This document shows, piece by piece, positions 13,601-24,419 of a stretch of 64,000 nt of DNA; the first letter of the stretch is position 1; every line of letters starts with the position of its first letter. The notes under the pieces are model-generated. The model did not search any database and was not told the origin of the DNA. It was given only the letters and a program-made list of their open reading frames with translations. Source of the DNA: Microbotryum violaceum. Its lineage: Eukaryota. The position numbers and the translations under genes are program-made. The stretch lies in contig CDLV01000006.1 in assembly GCA_001244265.2 (NCBI GenBank), positions 372,001-436,000 of the forward strand. The letters run 5' to 3'.

Positions 13601-14694
13601 TCATGATCCTCGAAGGCGAGGAGGAGACCGGGTCAGCTGGATTCCAGGAAGTGATCCGCAAGCACCGCTCCTTGATCGGAGACATCGATGTGATCTTCGT
13701 ATCTAACTCTTATTGGATCGGCGAGGATATCCCTTGCGTGACATTCGGATTGCGAGGAGTCATTCATGCCAGTCTCAAGGTACGTCCTAACTTGCTCTGC
13801 GTTTCGAACCCTTATTGCTGTATGGTAAATGGGGCACTGACGACTTGACTTCATGTTCTCATGCAGATATCCTCGAATCAGCCGGATCTTCATTCGGGCA
13901 TCTCGGGGGGAGTTGTCTCGGAGCCGCTGGTCGACATGGTCCGGATTCTCTCCACGTTGACCTCGCCAACGGGCCAGATTCTTATTCCCAATTTCAATGC
14001 ATCCGTGCGCGCGCTAGCGCCGGCTGAGGATGCACTCTACGACCGCATCATTGACCGCTGCTCACCGTTACTGCTGACCAAAGGCTCCCACGAACTCGAC
14101 CCTAAGAAATCGTTGATCGACCGATGGCGGCAACCTGCTCTTTCGATTCACGCCGTCACTACGAGTTCCCCTTCCAAGGCGCTGATCCCCAGTAGCGCCG
14201 AGAGCAAACTCTCGATCCGCATCGTGCCTGATCAATCTCTGGAGGAGGTCATTGAGAGCTTGAAGCGACATTTGAAGGATGCTTTCGCTCGATTACGGAC
14301 CCATAACCGGCTTCAAGTGAGCGTAACGACCCATTCAGGGGCTGCAGCCTCCTTCCCTCTCATTCACTCAACTTTTTCGTATGCCGTCTCCTACGAACAG
14401 ATCGAGATCAACCACACCTCGACCTTCTGGCTCGCTTCACCTCACTCTCCGGCGAACACGCTCCTTGCAGAATGCATTCACGGGGCGTGGGGCATCGAGC
14501 CCCTCTTTATTCGCGAAGGGGGTTCAATCCCCTCGCTGCCGTTCTTGGAAGCCGAATTCGATGCCGACGCCGTACACTTTCCCATGGCGACGGGGCAGGC
14601 GAATGCTCATCTAGGAGATGAGAAGATCCGGTTCGAACATCTCGAGAAGGGGCGGAGTATTGTGGGTGAATGGCTGAGGAGGTTGGACGCGTAG
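10689..14694 (+). CDS. DUG2: WD40 + M20 peptidase fusion, glutathione degradation Dug2-like, multi-exon
   Basis: WD repeats (GHTGAVLAL, SGSGDSLIRLW), then M20 motifs FYGHYDVV, LYGRGVTDNK-GP, EGEEETGS, DLHSG, IREGGSIP, AHLGDEK. Confidence 0.9.
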
Positions 14695-15131
14695 CTTCGT
14701 ATGGCTCAGAGGCAATATCCATACCCCCGGGGTCACTTAAATCACTCAATGCTCGAGCCCATGACGACGGCGCGAAATCTAGTTGCCGATTCGGTTCTGG
14801 TCTCATCAACCAGTGATACCGACTCAAATCTTCATGGCGCATGCGTCCTGCGCACGCGTCAATCTCTTGGCAGTCCGATCGCTCACGCTTGGCGACAGAT
14901 CGAGCCTCGGATTGATGAAGCTTGCTGCTCCTTTAAGCAAGCAAATTTTTCTTTTGCTCTCCCTCCAGCGTACTCTGCCCGCCCGGGCTGAACTACGAGG
15001 TTCTACGACCTAAGCTCTACTAATTCAACCAACAATTTGAGATTACATCGAAGCCTTAACCGCAGCTGCCTGAGCTCCAAAGACAAACAAGGAGAGCATC
15101 TAGTACCCGAAAAGACCAACAACAAAGACGT

Positions 15132-15967
15132 TTAGTACCCCGATGGCTTGCCTCTCTGACCGTTTTGCCCGGTGTAGAAGATTTGCTCTATGCACCGAGC
15201 ACTGAGGCGAAGCGCCTCTTTACCTGGTGACCGTTTGCTCGCGTCCTGGTATCCTCCAAGCACGCTCACCGAAAAGCCAGTCGGCGCATGCGTCAAGGTG
15301 GTCGGATCGAACGTAGAGATTCGTTGGAGTACGCATGACTTGGTGGCCGTCGAATAGTACGCTATTCTCTCCGATGCTATTCTCGAGAAGGCGATGCGCT
15401 TGGTATAGGTGGTCGAGGGGATCACATAGGCGGTCTCGAAGCTTTGGCCCAAGCCGAGTTTTCCGTGGCCAATTACTTCGGACCCAAATCTCGAGACCGT
15501 GTATTGCTGCAAACACGTTCGAGACCGTTCGGTAGGGCGACCATATCCTTTTCGACACGTCAATGGTGTGTCTACCTCGCTACACGACGTAGCGAACGGA
15601 TCCGTGCAGCATGCATTTCCTGTACAAACTCAGGTAATGAGTAAAGGAGCGTCGCTCGGATCAGCACTATCGTCATGACGCCTTTCTTCGGAATAGGTGT
15701 GAAAATGAAGTGAACTGACCATCCGACGATGTTGGGCAATTGACGAACGTTCCGTCGAGCATTCGCATCCCCTTGCGGCAGTTGAACAACACTCGTTGAC
15801 TCGCCGGCCCATCCTCGCTTTCCAGTCTTCGAAAGCATGCGCGTCCTGACCGCAGACACCGCCAGAAAAAGGAGCACACCAAATCAGCAAGCCGACTTGC
15901 GAGAACGCAGCCACACCGAGTCCTCTCTAATCTCACCGTTCTGCGCGACGATTTTGCCAGATGGACA
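15132..15967 (-). pseudogene. 3' half of the secreted Cys-rich gene that starts at 2287 (inverted, no start codon)
   Basis: Exons 15967-15937 (CPSGKIVAQN), 15845-15720, 15619-15132 (GNACCTDPFATSCSEVDTPLTCRKGY...stop), with phase-1 GT..AG introns as in the 5' half. Confidence 0.8.
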
Positions 15968-16680
15968 CGGCCGGGTCGATCAGCCATGTTTGAGCAAAGG
16001 CTGGGCGTTGATTTACGGCAAGGATCAGGGCGCCGAGTTGATGGTAGAGGCGACCAAACACGCGAAACACGGGGGGTCCTAGCGTGCCCACTTGAGTTTG
16101 GTCCCAGTGGGCAGCGAGCGAAGTAAACGACAATGCGTTGTTGTACGACCGGGCATTCTCGCGGAACGCTTTAGCAGTGCAGACGAATGTTGTTGGACGG
16201 AGCAACTGACCGCTATCCTTCAAGTAGATTTCGATACTTGGGATCGGGCTTCGAGGGGGAGGTAGCTGCACCTTACCCTGCGAGCAGCACCCATGAAGTG
16301 TCCGGTCGACTTCGACCTTTCGCACTCCCAGTGTCGAGTCTTGAAGTGGATACACACGGCCATCTGGGGCCGAGGTAGTCGCGGATGGGAACGTGGGGCT
16401 TGAGTGGTTTGAGCGGGGTTCGAGGCCTGTGCACTTGCTCTGCGCAGGAAGAGGTGGTGGTGGGGCGAGCTCAGTGTCGGTTCGGCCATCGGGCCCTCGC
16501 GCTGACCACGCTGTCCGTTCTACAAAGCTGTACGGCGGCGCTTATACGGCAATACCAAGATCGGTTGAGTTGTTGTCATTGTGCGCGGGGAGCTGATTCT
16601 GTTGATCGGAGCGGGACGAAGAGGAGAGGAGATGAGCGTGGCGCCTAGCGGGCCCATGGTCTCCCCATGTTCCCGCGGTA
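15968..16680 (-). mobile_element. Helitron N-terminal fragment
   Basis: Zn-finger-like CIHFKTRHWECE...CCSQGKVQLP, FRENARSYNNALSFTS, GPPVFRVFGRLYH, PAFAQTWLIDPA. Confidence 0.9.
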
Positions 16681-17329
16681 GGACAGGACCCCCGAAAGCC
16701 TAAGCTCGACGCCCCTCCCTCTGGGGCTTGTGAGTTATCGGCGCGCTTGGCCCAGTTGCCCTCCGAAATTTTGGCCCTGAAAAGTGCCCCCTTGCTGTAG
16801 CATGGCATATATTGGTGCTATCTGAAAACTGGAGGGATACGTCTTTAATTCAGCATTATTGATGAGGCTTCATCGAAGCTTGAAGTCTAGGAACACTTGA
16901 CCATCTCGCTACAGCAGCTTGAATCAACTGACTGATTCCGAACGAGACGCAGGTCGGCGCACGCAGTCGTAGTCCGGTCCGCGTCGAAGGCTGCATAGAT
17001 CCAGGTCACTTAAGCCCGGCCGCGCCTCACGCATCCTCTCTCTCCTCCACTCAACATCACACCCCCCCTCATGATGAGCCATGTCGGTACAAACACCCAG
17101 GCCGGTTAGGAGACCGCCCGGTCGACATCCATCAATTGAGTTCAGGGCGCCTCCCTTGCGATCAGCTTCAAGGGCCAGTCCTACGACCCCAGCACCGAGT
17201 CATTCAACCAATCCGACAACCGACCTTCCTGCCGGCCGGCTCGTTCTCGGTCACTGAAGGCCACGTTTGACTCAGGAGGACCGACGAGATTCCAGCGAAT
17301 GACGCACGAAGGTCAAAGTTATTCTGGGC

Positions 17330-17915
17330 GAAAGTCTTGACGACTCGGAGGACGTACCCCCGGCCCGTGCAGATCGAGGTCATTGCTGTACTTTCTAAAC
17401 TCGACCAATTTGGGAACCGGGATCGATATGACGCTGTGTTTGTCACAGCGCCAACAAGTTTAGGCAAAAGTGTTATTTTCGAAGCATTGTATCTCATTTA
17501 TGGACGCCGGGCCGTCAGCATTGTTGTCAGTCCACTATATGCACTGAGCAATCATCCGGTGAGTTTTTCTGTCGACTGGGCTTGCTGGACCGACATCCGT
17601 GCTGACTTCCGCAGTCACCTGCTTCTTTCAAGCTGCCAATTTCAATCGAAAGGGAAAGAAAGTGGTTTTGGTATCTGAGGAGACCTGGAGAGACGGCGAG
17701 CTGTACAGGCAGTTGGACGACCCCAATCCCACGATCTCCTTCATTCTGATCGTATGTGCCGGTTGACCTCCTGTTTGAGTGAAGCACACATGTGTTGATT
17801 TGCCTTCTTGTTTGCTGCGTGTGGAGTCTCTTGAAATGCATATCAACAATCCAGATTGGGCAAAGTTGATCTCTAACGAGTCCTTTCGAGAGCGCGTCAA
17901 GTTGCCCGTCTATGA
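17330..17915 (+). pseudogene. RecQ-like SF2 helicase remnant carried by the AcademH element
   Basis: PRPVQIEVI, motif I-like TAPTSLGKS, motif Ia VVSPLYAL, degenerate motif II VYDE. Confidence 0.75.
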
Positions 17916-18059
17916 CGAGGACAGGGGGTGGTGTGCATCGAGGACCGCGAAGACTGAGGCCAAGAGGAGGAACCAGTCGAGCAAGCGCTCGATATATCTG
18001 AACTTTGAGCCCAGTTGTAAATGACGAGTCGGATTGGGGAGTTAGGAGAAGATGCTGGA

Positions 18060-19183
18060 GATTACTCGCGGTAAAGATGCTTGATGTGCAGAGTAGGCTC
18101 GAAGGTTGTAAGCGCCGGCAATATCTCCGTTCTGAATGTGGGCGTAACCAAAAGTTCCATGAAGCAGCTCGGTTCGTCGATCCAATTGCTGATCGTTGAC
18201 GTGATGTGTGACTTCAACGTTGTCAACTGTAACATGGAAGTACTTGTTCGAGCCACTCTCCTTCAATTCGCCTTCGTCAAGCTCGCAGCTGCCTGGAGAG
18301 TCGCCAAGCGAGATGTCGTCAAGCCGCAATCGTACAGAAATGTTGTCAGTCTGTCGTTCGCTCCACATGCGAGAGTCACGAGACCGTTGCGATGCTGCAT
18401 GGAGTTGTTTCTTCGGTTGCAAGCGAATGCGATCTGACCCATGACACTGCGGTAAAGCTGCGGCCAGCGTGTTGATTTTTGGTGTCAGTTCGCTGCGATA
18501 CCCAGCCGAGCTAGGGTCAGAAACACTCACGCTTCATCTCGTTAATGATGATTGAGTCGGCCTGCAGGCGAATAAGGCAAGTATTCAGTAGCTTTATTGG
18601 ATCCGGTAAATCACTCCGAGAAGTACGAAGTGTTGTCCACCTGCTCGGCGATCCAGTCATTGATTGAGTCGGCTTCAAGTTCTTGACTCTGCGCCATCCT
18701 CGCGTGCAAGTCGTAGAATGAGATCAAGTACAGGCTTAAGGCTGGACCTGTTGCTGTTGAACAGCTTTGGTAGGTGTGTTTTAACGCCTTCAAATCGTGT
18801 GGATGGGCTGAAATACCACGACAGGTATTGACATAGCGAGAGATCGCGGCTACAAAATTCAGCGAATACGGATCCGCCTCGCGGCGGTTGTTCTGGCAAG
18901 TTGATGAGGTATGGCATCTGCTTGTTCGCGTCATTCTTGGTTTCAGATATTGTCGCGCTTGACGTGGCCGACGATCCTCGTAAAAAGAGGAGAACAGCGA
19001 AGCGTACGCAAGGGGATCAAGCCGAACGGAGCAGGCTCGCCGATGATTCGAGCGCCAATTACAAGATGCGCTCGGACCATCTGAGGCCCGATCGACCGAA
19101 ATCGCAGACTTCGGATCGTTGTAGCTCCACCCACAGCTTATGAAAAATCTCACCACTTGGGGTATGTCAATTTTAGAGCACAA
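18060..19183 (-). pseudogene. AcademH transposase (DUF6589-associated) N-terminal remnant
   Basis: Frameshifted IAFACNRRNNSMQHRNGLVTLACGANDRLTTFLYDCGLTTSR and HVTVDNVEVTHHV...LLHGTFGYAH resemble rust-fungal DUF6589-type proteins (recalled similarity). Confidence 0.65.
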
Positions 19184-19545
19184 AGAAAAATAGGATCCCT
19201 CACTTTTGCATGAATGCGCGTACTTGCCAAGTTACAGAGAACCACTCCAAAATGGCTCTGAAATTTCGGAGGGCATCTGGGCCAAGCGCGCCGATAACTC
19301 GTAAGCCCCTCCCAGAGGGGGCTTAGTAGGACCCGGGAAAGCTCAGCCCAATGTGCGTCTCAAAAAACGGCGGTTTTTGGCGGATTTGTACATCGGGATG
19401 AGGTGTCTGAGGGGTCGATTTGTACGTATTTTCGGTCGTAAGTTGGAGTAGTTCCGAAAACATGAAAAAAAATCAATGTCGTGAAATTGCCCAAAAATCG
19501 CTCTCCATCAGCCAGAAATACGAAAAATCGCTCTGACGACGCGAC

Positions 19546-22500
19546 AGGACCCCCGCAAGCCCAGCCAGAGGCGCATGCGGAAAAACGCCCTTTTTTGGCC
19601 TTTTTGTCAAAGTTTTTACCCTATTTTGGCCCCAAAATGTCGAAATTTCGCATGCGCCTCGGAAATATTATCAAAATGTGTTCTACATGCTCCAAACATC
19701 GCTCCAAAGTCCTCGAAAACGCGTTCCGAGCGTTTGCGAGCGCGCGGCGGCCTATCGAAAGTGGTTTGCGGCGCGCGTCGCTTCAGCTGGTGTTGCGCGT
19801 GGCTCCACGCTTCAAACAAGCCTTCCTTGCTTTGCTGGCTCGCTCGCTGCTTCGTTGTCAGACTTCCTTTTTGCTGAAGTTGAGCTCCTTGTTTCCTCGG
19901 TGGCATTTGTGCGGCTTGTAGAGGTTCTGCCGGTGGCATCTCGCAGGCCGGGCACGCTCCGAAGGGCGGCAAATCTTTGCTCGGCATGTGCGCTCGTGCT
20001 GATTAGGCGCTCGTCCGGGTAACATGAGGTAAGGTCCGTGGTTGAACGATATGTAGTCGTTGATGGGCCTAATGACTCGATGACCTGTCGACCATCAATC
20101 ATGCGGAACGGCATAGTGCCATCAATAAGGTGTGTGGAATAGCATGTTTTCTTGATGAGGCGAAGCTCCTGTACGACGACATTTGAGAGTAGAACCAACG
20201 AGGCGAGCGTGTCTTGGTTGCAGTGGTTTGTTGTCACTTTGCTGTAGATGTGTCGCACTGTAGGACACAAGACTTGTGTCAAACGAGAACTTCCTCAACT
20301 GCCACTCAAAACAACGCGCGTACCAATTCTGTCTGTTCAGCTTTAGCGGTACACGGTCCCTTTCGGTTTCTCGAGCCCCGCTGCAACATGACATCACCTC
20401 TCTCGCTAAAAATCACTGTGCAAGCGGCTTTGGAGAGTTGACGATAGACAGCGCTTCTTCTCCATAAACAGTTTGATCGCAGCTGAGTGAATGCATGCCA
20501 CACTTGAGGCCAAAGCAGATCCGAGATCCAATCTCCAATGGTGTGGCAGCGGTTACAGCTCCGTCAAACGATCCAAAATGAGGATAGCGTTGTACTAGCG
20601 CTCCATACTGCTTGTCTCTCTCAGGGAGCTTTTCCTAAAAGTATAGGACCGGCAAAACATTAGATCCAGTTGCCTTCGTTCCTAAATTCAGCAACAACTC
20701 ACTTGAATGCGGCCATCCTCAATATAGGCGTTCTTCTAAATCTCGTTCAAGCTCCTCGTCGTGCCCGCCATGTCTTCGCGGCGAGATGGTCCCATGGACT
20801 GTACCAACCCTTTCAAGACGCATGAATGTGCTGTACTGCGTCCTTCCTCTGTATTGCTAACCCCTACGCCTGCCTCTTCGCGAGTTGGGTCGCTCGATTC
20901 CATTGGCCTCCCTTGAGTAGAACAGCTTGAGGTGGCTACACTTATGAGCAGCTTGATGGGCAATCAGGTTGGCCAGTTCAGCGAGAAATTGGTATCGCGA
21001 GCATCGACAACTTGAGGCGGAAGTTTCAAGTGTGTGGGCTGTGTAGAACCGAACACGCGTGAGCTTAGACTAAAATTTCGATAGTTGAGCTTGGTAGACG
21101 CACGATTGGTCGTGAGAAGCTGTTTGCCTTCTCAACGGCCTCGAGTAGATGATAAGGTCGAGTAGTGGGTGAGTTCGTCTTTGGACAACTCGATGTGAAG
21201 AGACGCGTCGGCGGGAGCGACATCGAAGGCGAGGCGATCGTCATGTTCATGTTGGCGAGCGGCAATAATCAATCGAAGGCATCGTTCAAATAGTAGGCCT
21301 GCATGGGATGATCTTGTCGTGCTATGCTCCAATCTCGGACCGAAGTGAAGTGGAACGGAACCTGCGCCCTTTCAATATCTAATCGGCCTAATCCCTTACA
21401 GCCACTTAATTCAAGTGAATACGGAAGATGGCGAGTACTAAATGACTTGTTCAAGCGCTGGATCTGGTGGGCCTACTTTTGCCACCCTCCTCCACAGTGG
21501 GAACGCGCGGTGAGGAAGACGAAGGCGCTGCTCCCTCCACGATGGATCCGCTACTTCGAAGCCTGGGATTTGGTGACAACGCTCAACCCCCCGAACTTTC
21601 CAAGAGCCCGAATCTCGAGCGATGGGCAACACACGTCCTCTACTTCCCAGCAGGCCATGGAATCCAACTCTCGGTGAACCCGACGCTTTTCCGAGGACCC
21701 GATGGCGAGGTGATGACTCCCTCTTCGTTTGTGAACGCGTCCAAACGCCACCAAGCCTTCCTCTACCCTCCTATCCTCCCTGTCGGCCATCAGAGGGTTT
21801 TCTGTCTCCCCGAGCAACGCTGGAATGCCTGGTGGAAGGCGCTACGCAAGGCTCGCAGGGTTCATTCGGACGCCGAAGACACGGCCCACCTCCTCTCCCT
21901 AGGGTCACTTCATCCAGGTAGCCAACTCGCTTCTCCAAACAGCCCTTTTCTCCACAATCGATCTACCGCATGCGTCATGTGCCTGTCGGAGGCTCCGGAG
22001 ACCCTGGCACACCTAGCGGTCGGTTGCCCGTTTGCCCGCCGCCTCTGGTCTGCGCTCACTCCTTTCCCACACCTTTGTTCAGTTCGTGTGCCCGGTCGTT
22101 TCTCGCTCGGAACGCCGACTCGTCGAGCTGTGTCTACTCTTCTTCCATGCGATCTGGAAGCTTCCTCGTCACCGCCGATCTTCGTCGGATCCTCTGGAGC
22201 CGATCGCCGAAACGGCATTCGAGGAGCTCCGCGCGTCCATCCAGAAGTCCAAGGGACGATTGGTTTCGCTGTAATCACCTAAGGGGGTTTTAGTGGGTAT
22301 GGTTGATTTTGTTCCAAGGTCAACGAGTCCTACACTACTGGCCTAGCCAGTGTGCTTAACTGCATTTCCTCCGTCTTTTCCGAAAATTTTTAGGCATTAA
22401 TATAGATATGCTGTTAATGAAATCTATTAGGAAAAAAAAAAAAAAAAAAAAACGAGCATCGCGAAACGCGTCTCGAAGCGAAGGCAAACGGGCCCAAAGT

Positions 22501-22712
22501 CATGCCGTAGGCTGCTCAGGGTAGGCCAAAATTGGGCCGAATCACGGGAAAATGTCAAAATCTAGACATGCGCCTCGGGGGCGAAACGTGTGTTTCGTCC
22601 CAAAATGTCAATTTTTTGCAATGCGCCTCGACGATTTTCAGGATTTTGGGTCCTCAAAATGTATAAAAAAAAATAAAAAAAAGACGCCTCCGGCTGGGCT
22701 TTCGGGGGTCCT
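19546..22712. mobile_element. TIR element (AGGACCC family, inner copy) with 8-bp TSD
   Basis: 28-bp TIR AGGACCCCCG(C/A)AAGCCCAGCC(A/G)GAGGCG. TSD GACGCGAC (19538-19545) / GACGCAAC (22713-22720). Subterminal ATGCGCCTCG and CCCAAAATGTC repeats. Confidence 0.88.
21350..22452 (+). mobile_element. 5'-truncated LINE (L1/Tx1-like ORF2 C-terminus with zf-RVT) with poly(A)
   Basis: CVMCLSEAPETLAHLAVGCPFARRLW zinc finger; frameshifts; A21 tail at 22432-22452. 5' boundary approximate. Confidence 0.85.
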
Positions 22713-24419
22713 GACGCAACCCGGTACTAACGTCGCGTCCGCTTTGACAGCCGGCCGCTTGGACCCTGCGAAGGTCCCGACCGCTTATCGGCTCGGCTCC
22801 CTCCGTCTGCATTAATACCCCTCTCCTCGCCAGCATATGCAAGTCCCTTCCGAATCGGGGCCAACGACGCTGCAAGGACCCCTTTGAAGCTTTGCAGCTG
22901 GTAATATCGCGCTTGCGCCTGTGGGTCTAGGACTCGCCGAGTGTGGCCGTCGAAGCCAAAACCAGCTGGGGGCTCAACGGTCTGCACGCTCGAGTTGTAG
23001 GTGTCAAGGCAGCTGACGACCCGGTGACCATTCAAGAAGAAGATTCGAGCTTGGGCGCGGCTGCTGCGATTGGTGCAGACTCCGGAACTGGCTTGCGTAG
23101 GAAAGAGCTCCTGAATCACGATGTTGGAGACGAGTCCGAGGGATTCGGTGCTCTCAACACTGCAGTGAGGCATTGCTGGTGACGGCTTTGTGTAAATATA
23201 GCGCACTGTGGTGCATACAGAGGCCGACGTGATGAGCAAGTTTTCTCAGTTGCAGTGAGGGTGTTTGAAATGCACAAAACAAGGTGCTTGCCAGCTTGAA
23301 GTACGCGGCGTCGCGTTTGTCATTGACCTCAACATTGCTCAGCCAATCAACGTTATCCGAGATGGTTGACTTCAGCTGCTCGACAGAGTCCAGATGTTGC
23401 CAGAATGCTATGGAACCGATTGGCATGTGTTCCACTATCGACATGTAAGGGGATCGAACCTCGATGGATTGATAGCCGGTGGCGTACAATTCTCGAAGAT
23501 CGTGAGTCTTGTTGAATAAGGCACGGGTAGTGAGTGTTATTGGGGCGAATCTGATGCTGATGGAATGTTGGCTCGAACTCGGATACGGCGAGCGTTGCGG
23601 TCAGGTCAGGCCGGGTGAATTTGAACGCGAGAAGCTCGCCGACAGTGAGCTCGGCAACAGGAGTCAGGAGACATCATGATAGCGGTGAATTGCTCATCTG
23701 GAATATCGAGCACGTCGCCTAAGAGCAGTTGAATTCGTGTATCAGGAGGGGCTGCTGTAGATGACATGCTGTCCTCTTAACCCTCAGCCTGCAACTTGAA
23801 GCTGAGGGCACGCAGGCTAGGGAAGTGCGCAGAAGGATGCTCGCGACGTGGCACAAGGTGAGGGTGGTCAGAGGCTGTCACGGGCGTCTATTGGCATTTG
23901 TTTCACTTCCAGCGCCCTTGATTTGGTGAGCGTCTGTACGTCTGTGAGTTCTATGAGCGTGAAGCATTTTTTTGCATTACAATCGGCTCGCGCGTCCAAT
24001 TTCGTTCAATTTCGTTCAGAAACTCATTCAGACTAATGGACCGCCAGTTGGCCCGCGGCGCGCGCCTACTGATCCCAGACCGCCGCCGCTGATACGTGCT
24101 TGGCCATCGGCCGAGCAGGGGACGACCAGGGAGGTGCGAGGTCGGGGTACATTGATTTGTACCACATCCAGGACGTACATCCAAGATCTGGAGTGCCAAA
24201 TTTTCCGATTTGTACCACTTTTGAATCGCAGTTTGGGGTTCGGAGGGTCCGATTTGTACATTTTTGGGGACGCACATTGGGCGGAGCTTTCCCGGGTCCT
24301 GGCTTAGTTGAGCTTAGCACACAAGTAGCCCACACGCCTCGGTTGCCAGCACCCCTCCCCCACCCTACGGTCCCTACCACCCTCGGCGACCCGTCAACCA
24401 GTGTTATCTCTTCGGCGCC

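Larger units (their letters stand above)
19328..24300. mobile_element. TIR element (AGGACCC family, outer copy) with 8-bp TSD
   Basis: 32-bp TIR AGGACCCGGGAAAGCTC(A/C)GCCCAATGTGCGTC (1 mismatch). Perfect TSD GGCTTAGT at 19320-19327 and 24301-24308. Subterminal GATTTGTAC repeats at both ends. Confidence 0.9.
16701..24316. mobile_element. Internally deleted AcademH-type DNA transposon (~2.6 kb net) with a 5-kb element nested in its right TIR
   Basis: Termini TAAGCTC..GAGCTTA. 49-bp inner TIR pair 16723-16771 / 19261-19309 with 3 mismatches. Convergent RecQ-like helicase and transposase remnants. Confidence 0.8.

Noticed and set aside
15011-15023. TAAGCTCTACTAA resembling an AcademH end just past the Cys gene 3' half (possible gene capture)
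   Set aside because: Only ~13 bp of similarity; no partner end or matching 9-bp TSD found upstream of 2287
20998-21006. CGAGCATCG matching the sequence after the LINE poly(A), a possible TSD
   Set aside because: The intervening 21007-21340 looks like host-element minus-strand coding remnant rather than LINE; a chance match cannot be excluded
19538-22720. RIP-like CpG hypermutation signal (TSD CG to CA; TIR CG to TG)
   Set aside because: Too few informative sites; needs multi-copy alignments to test
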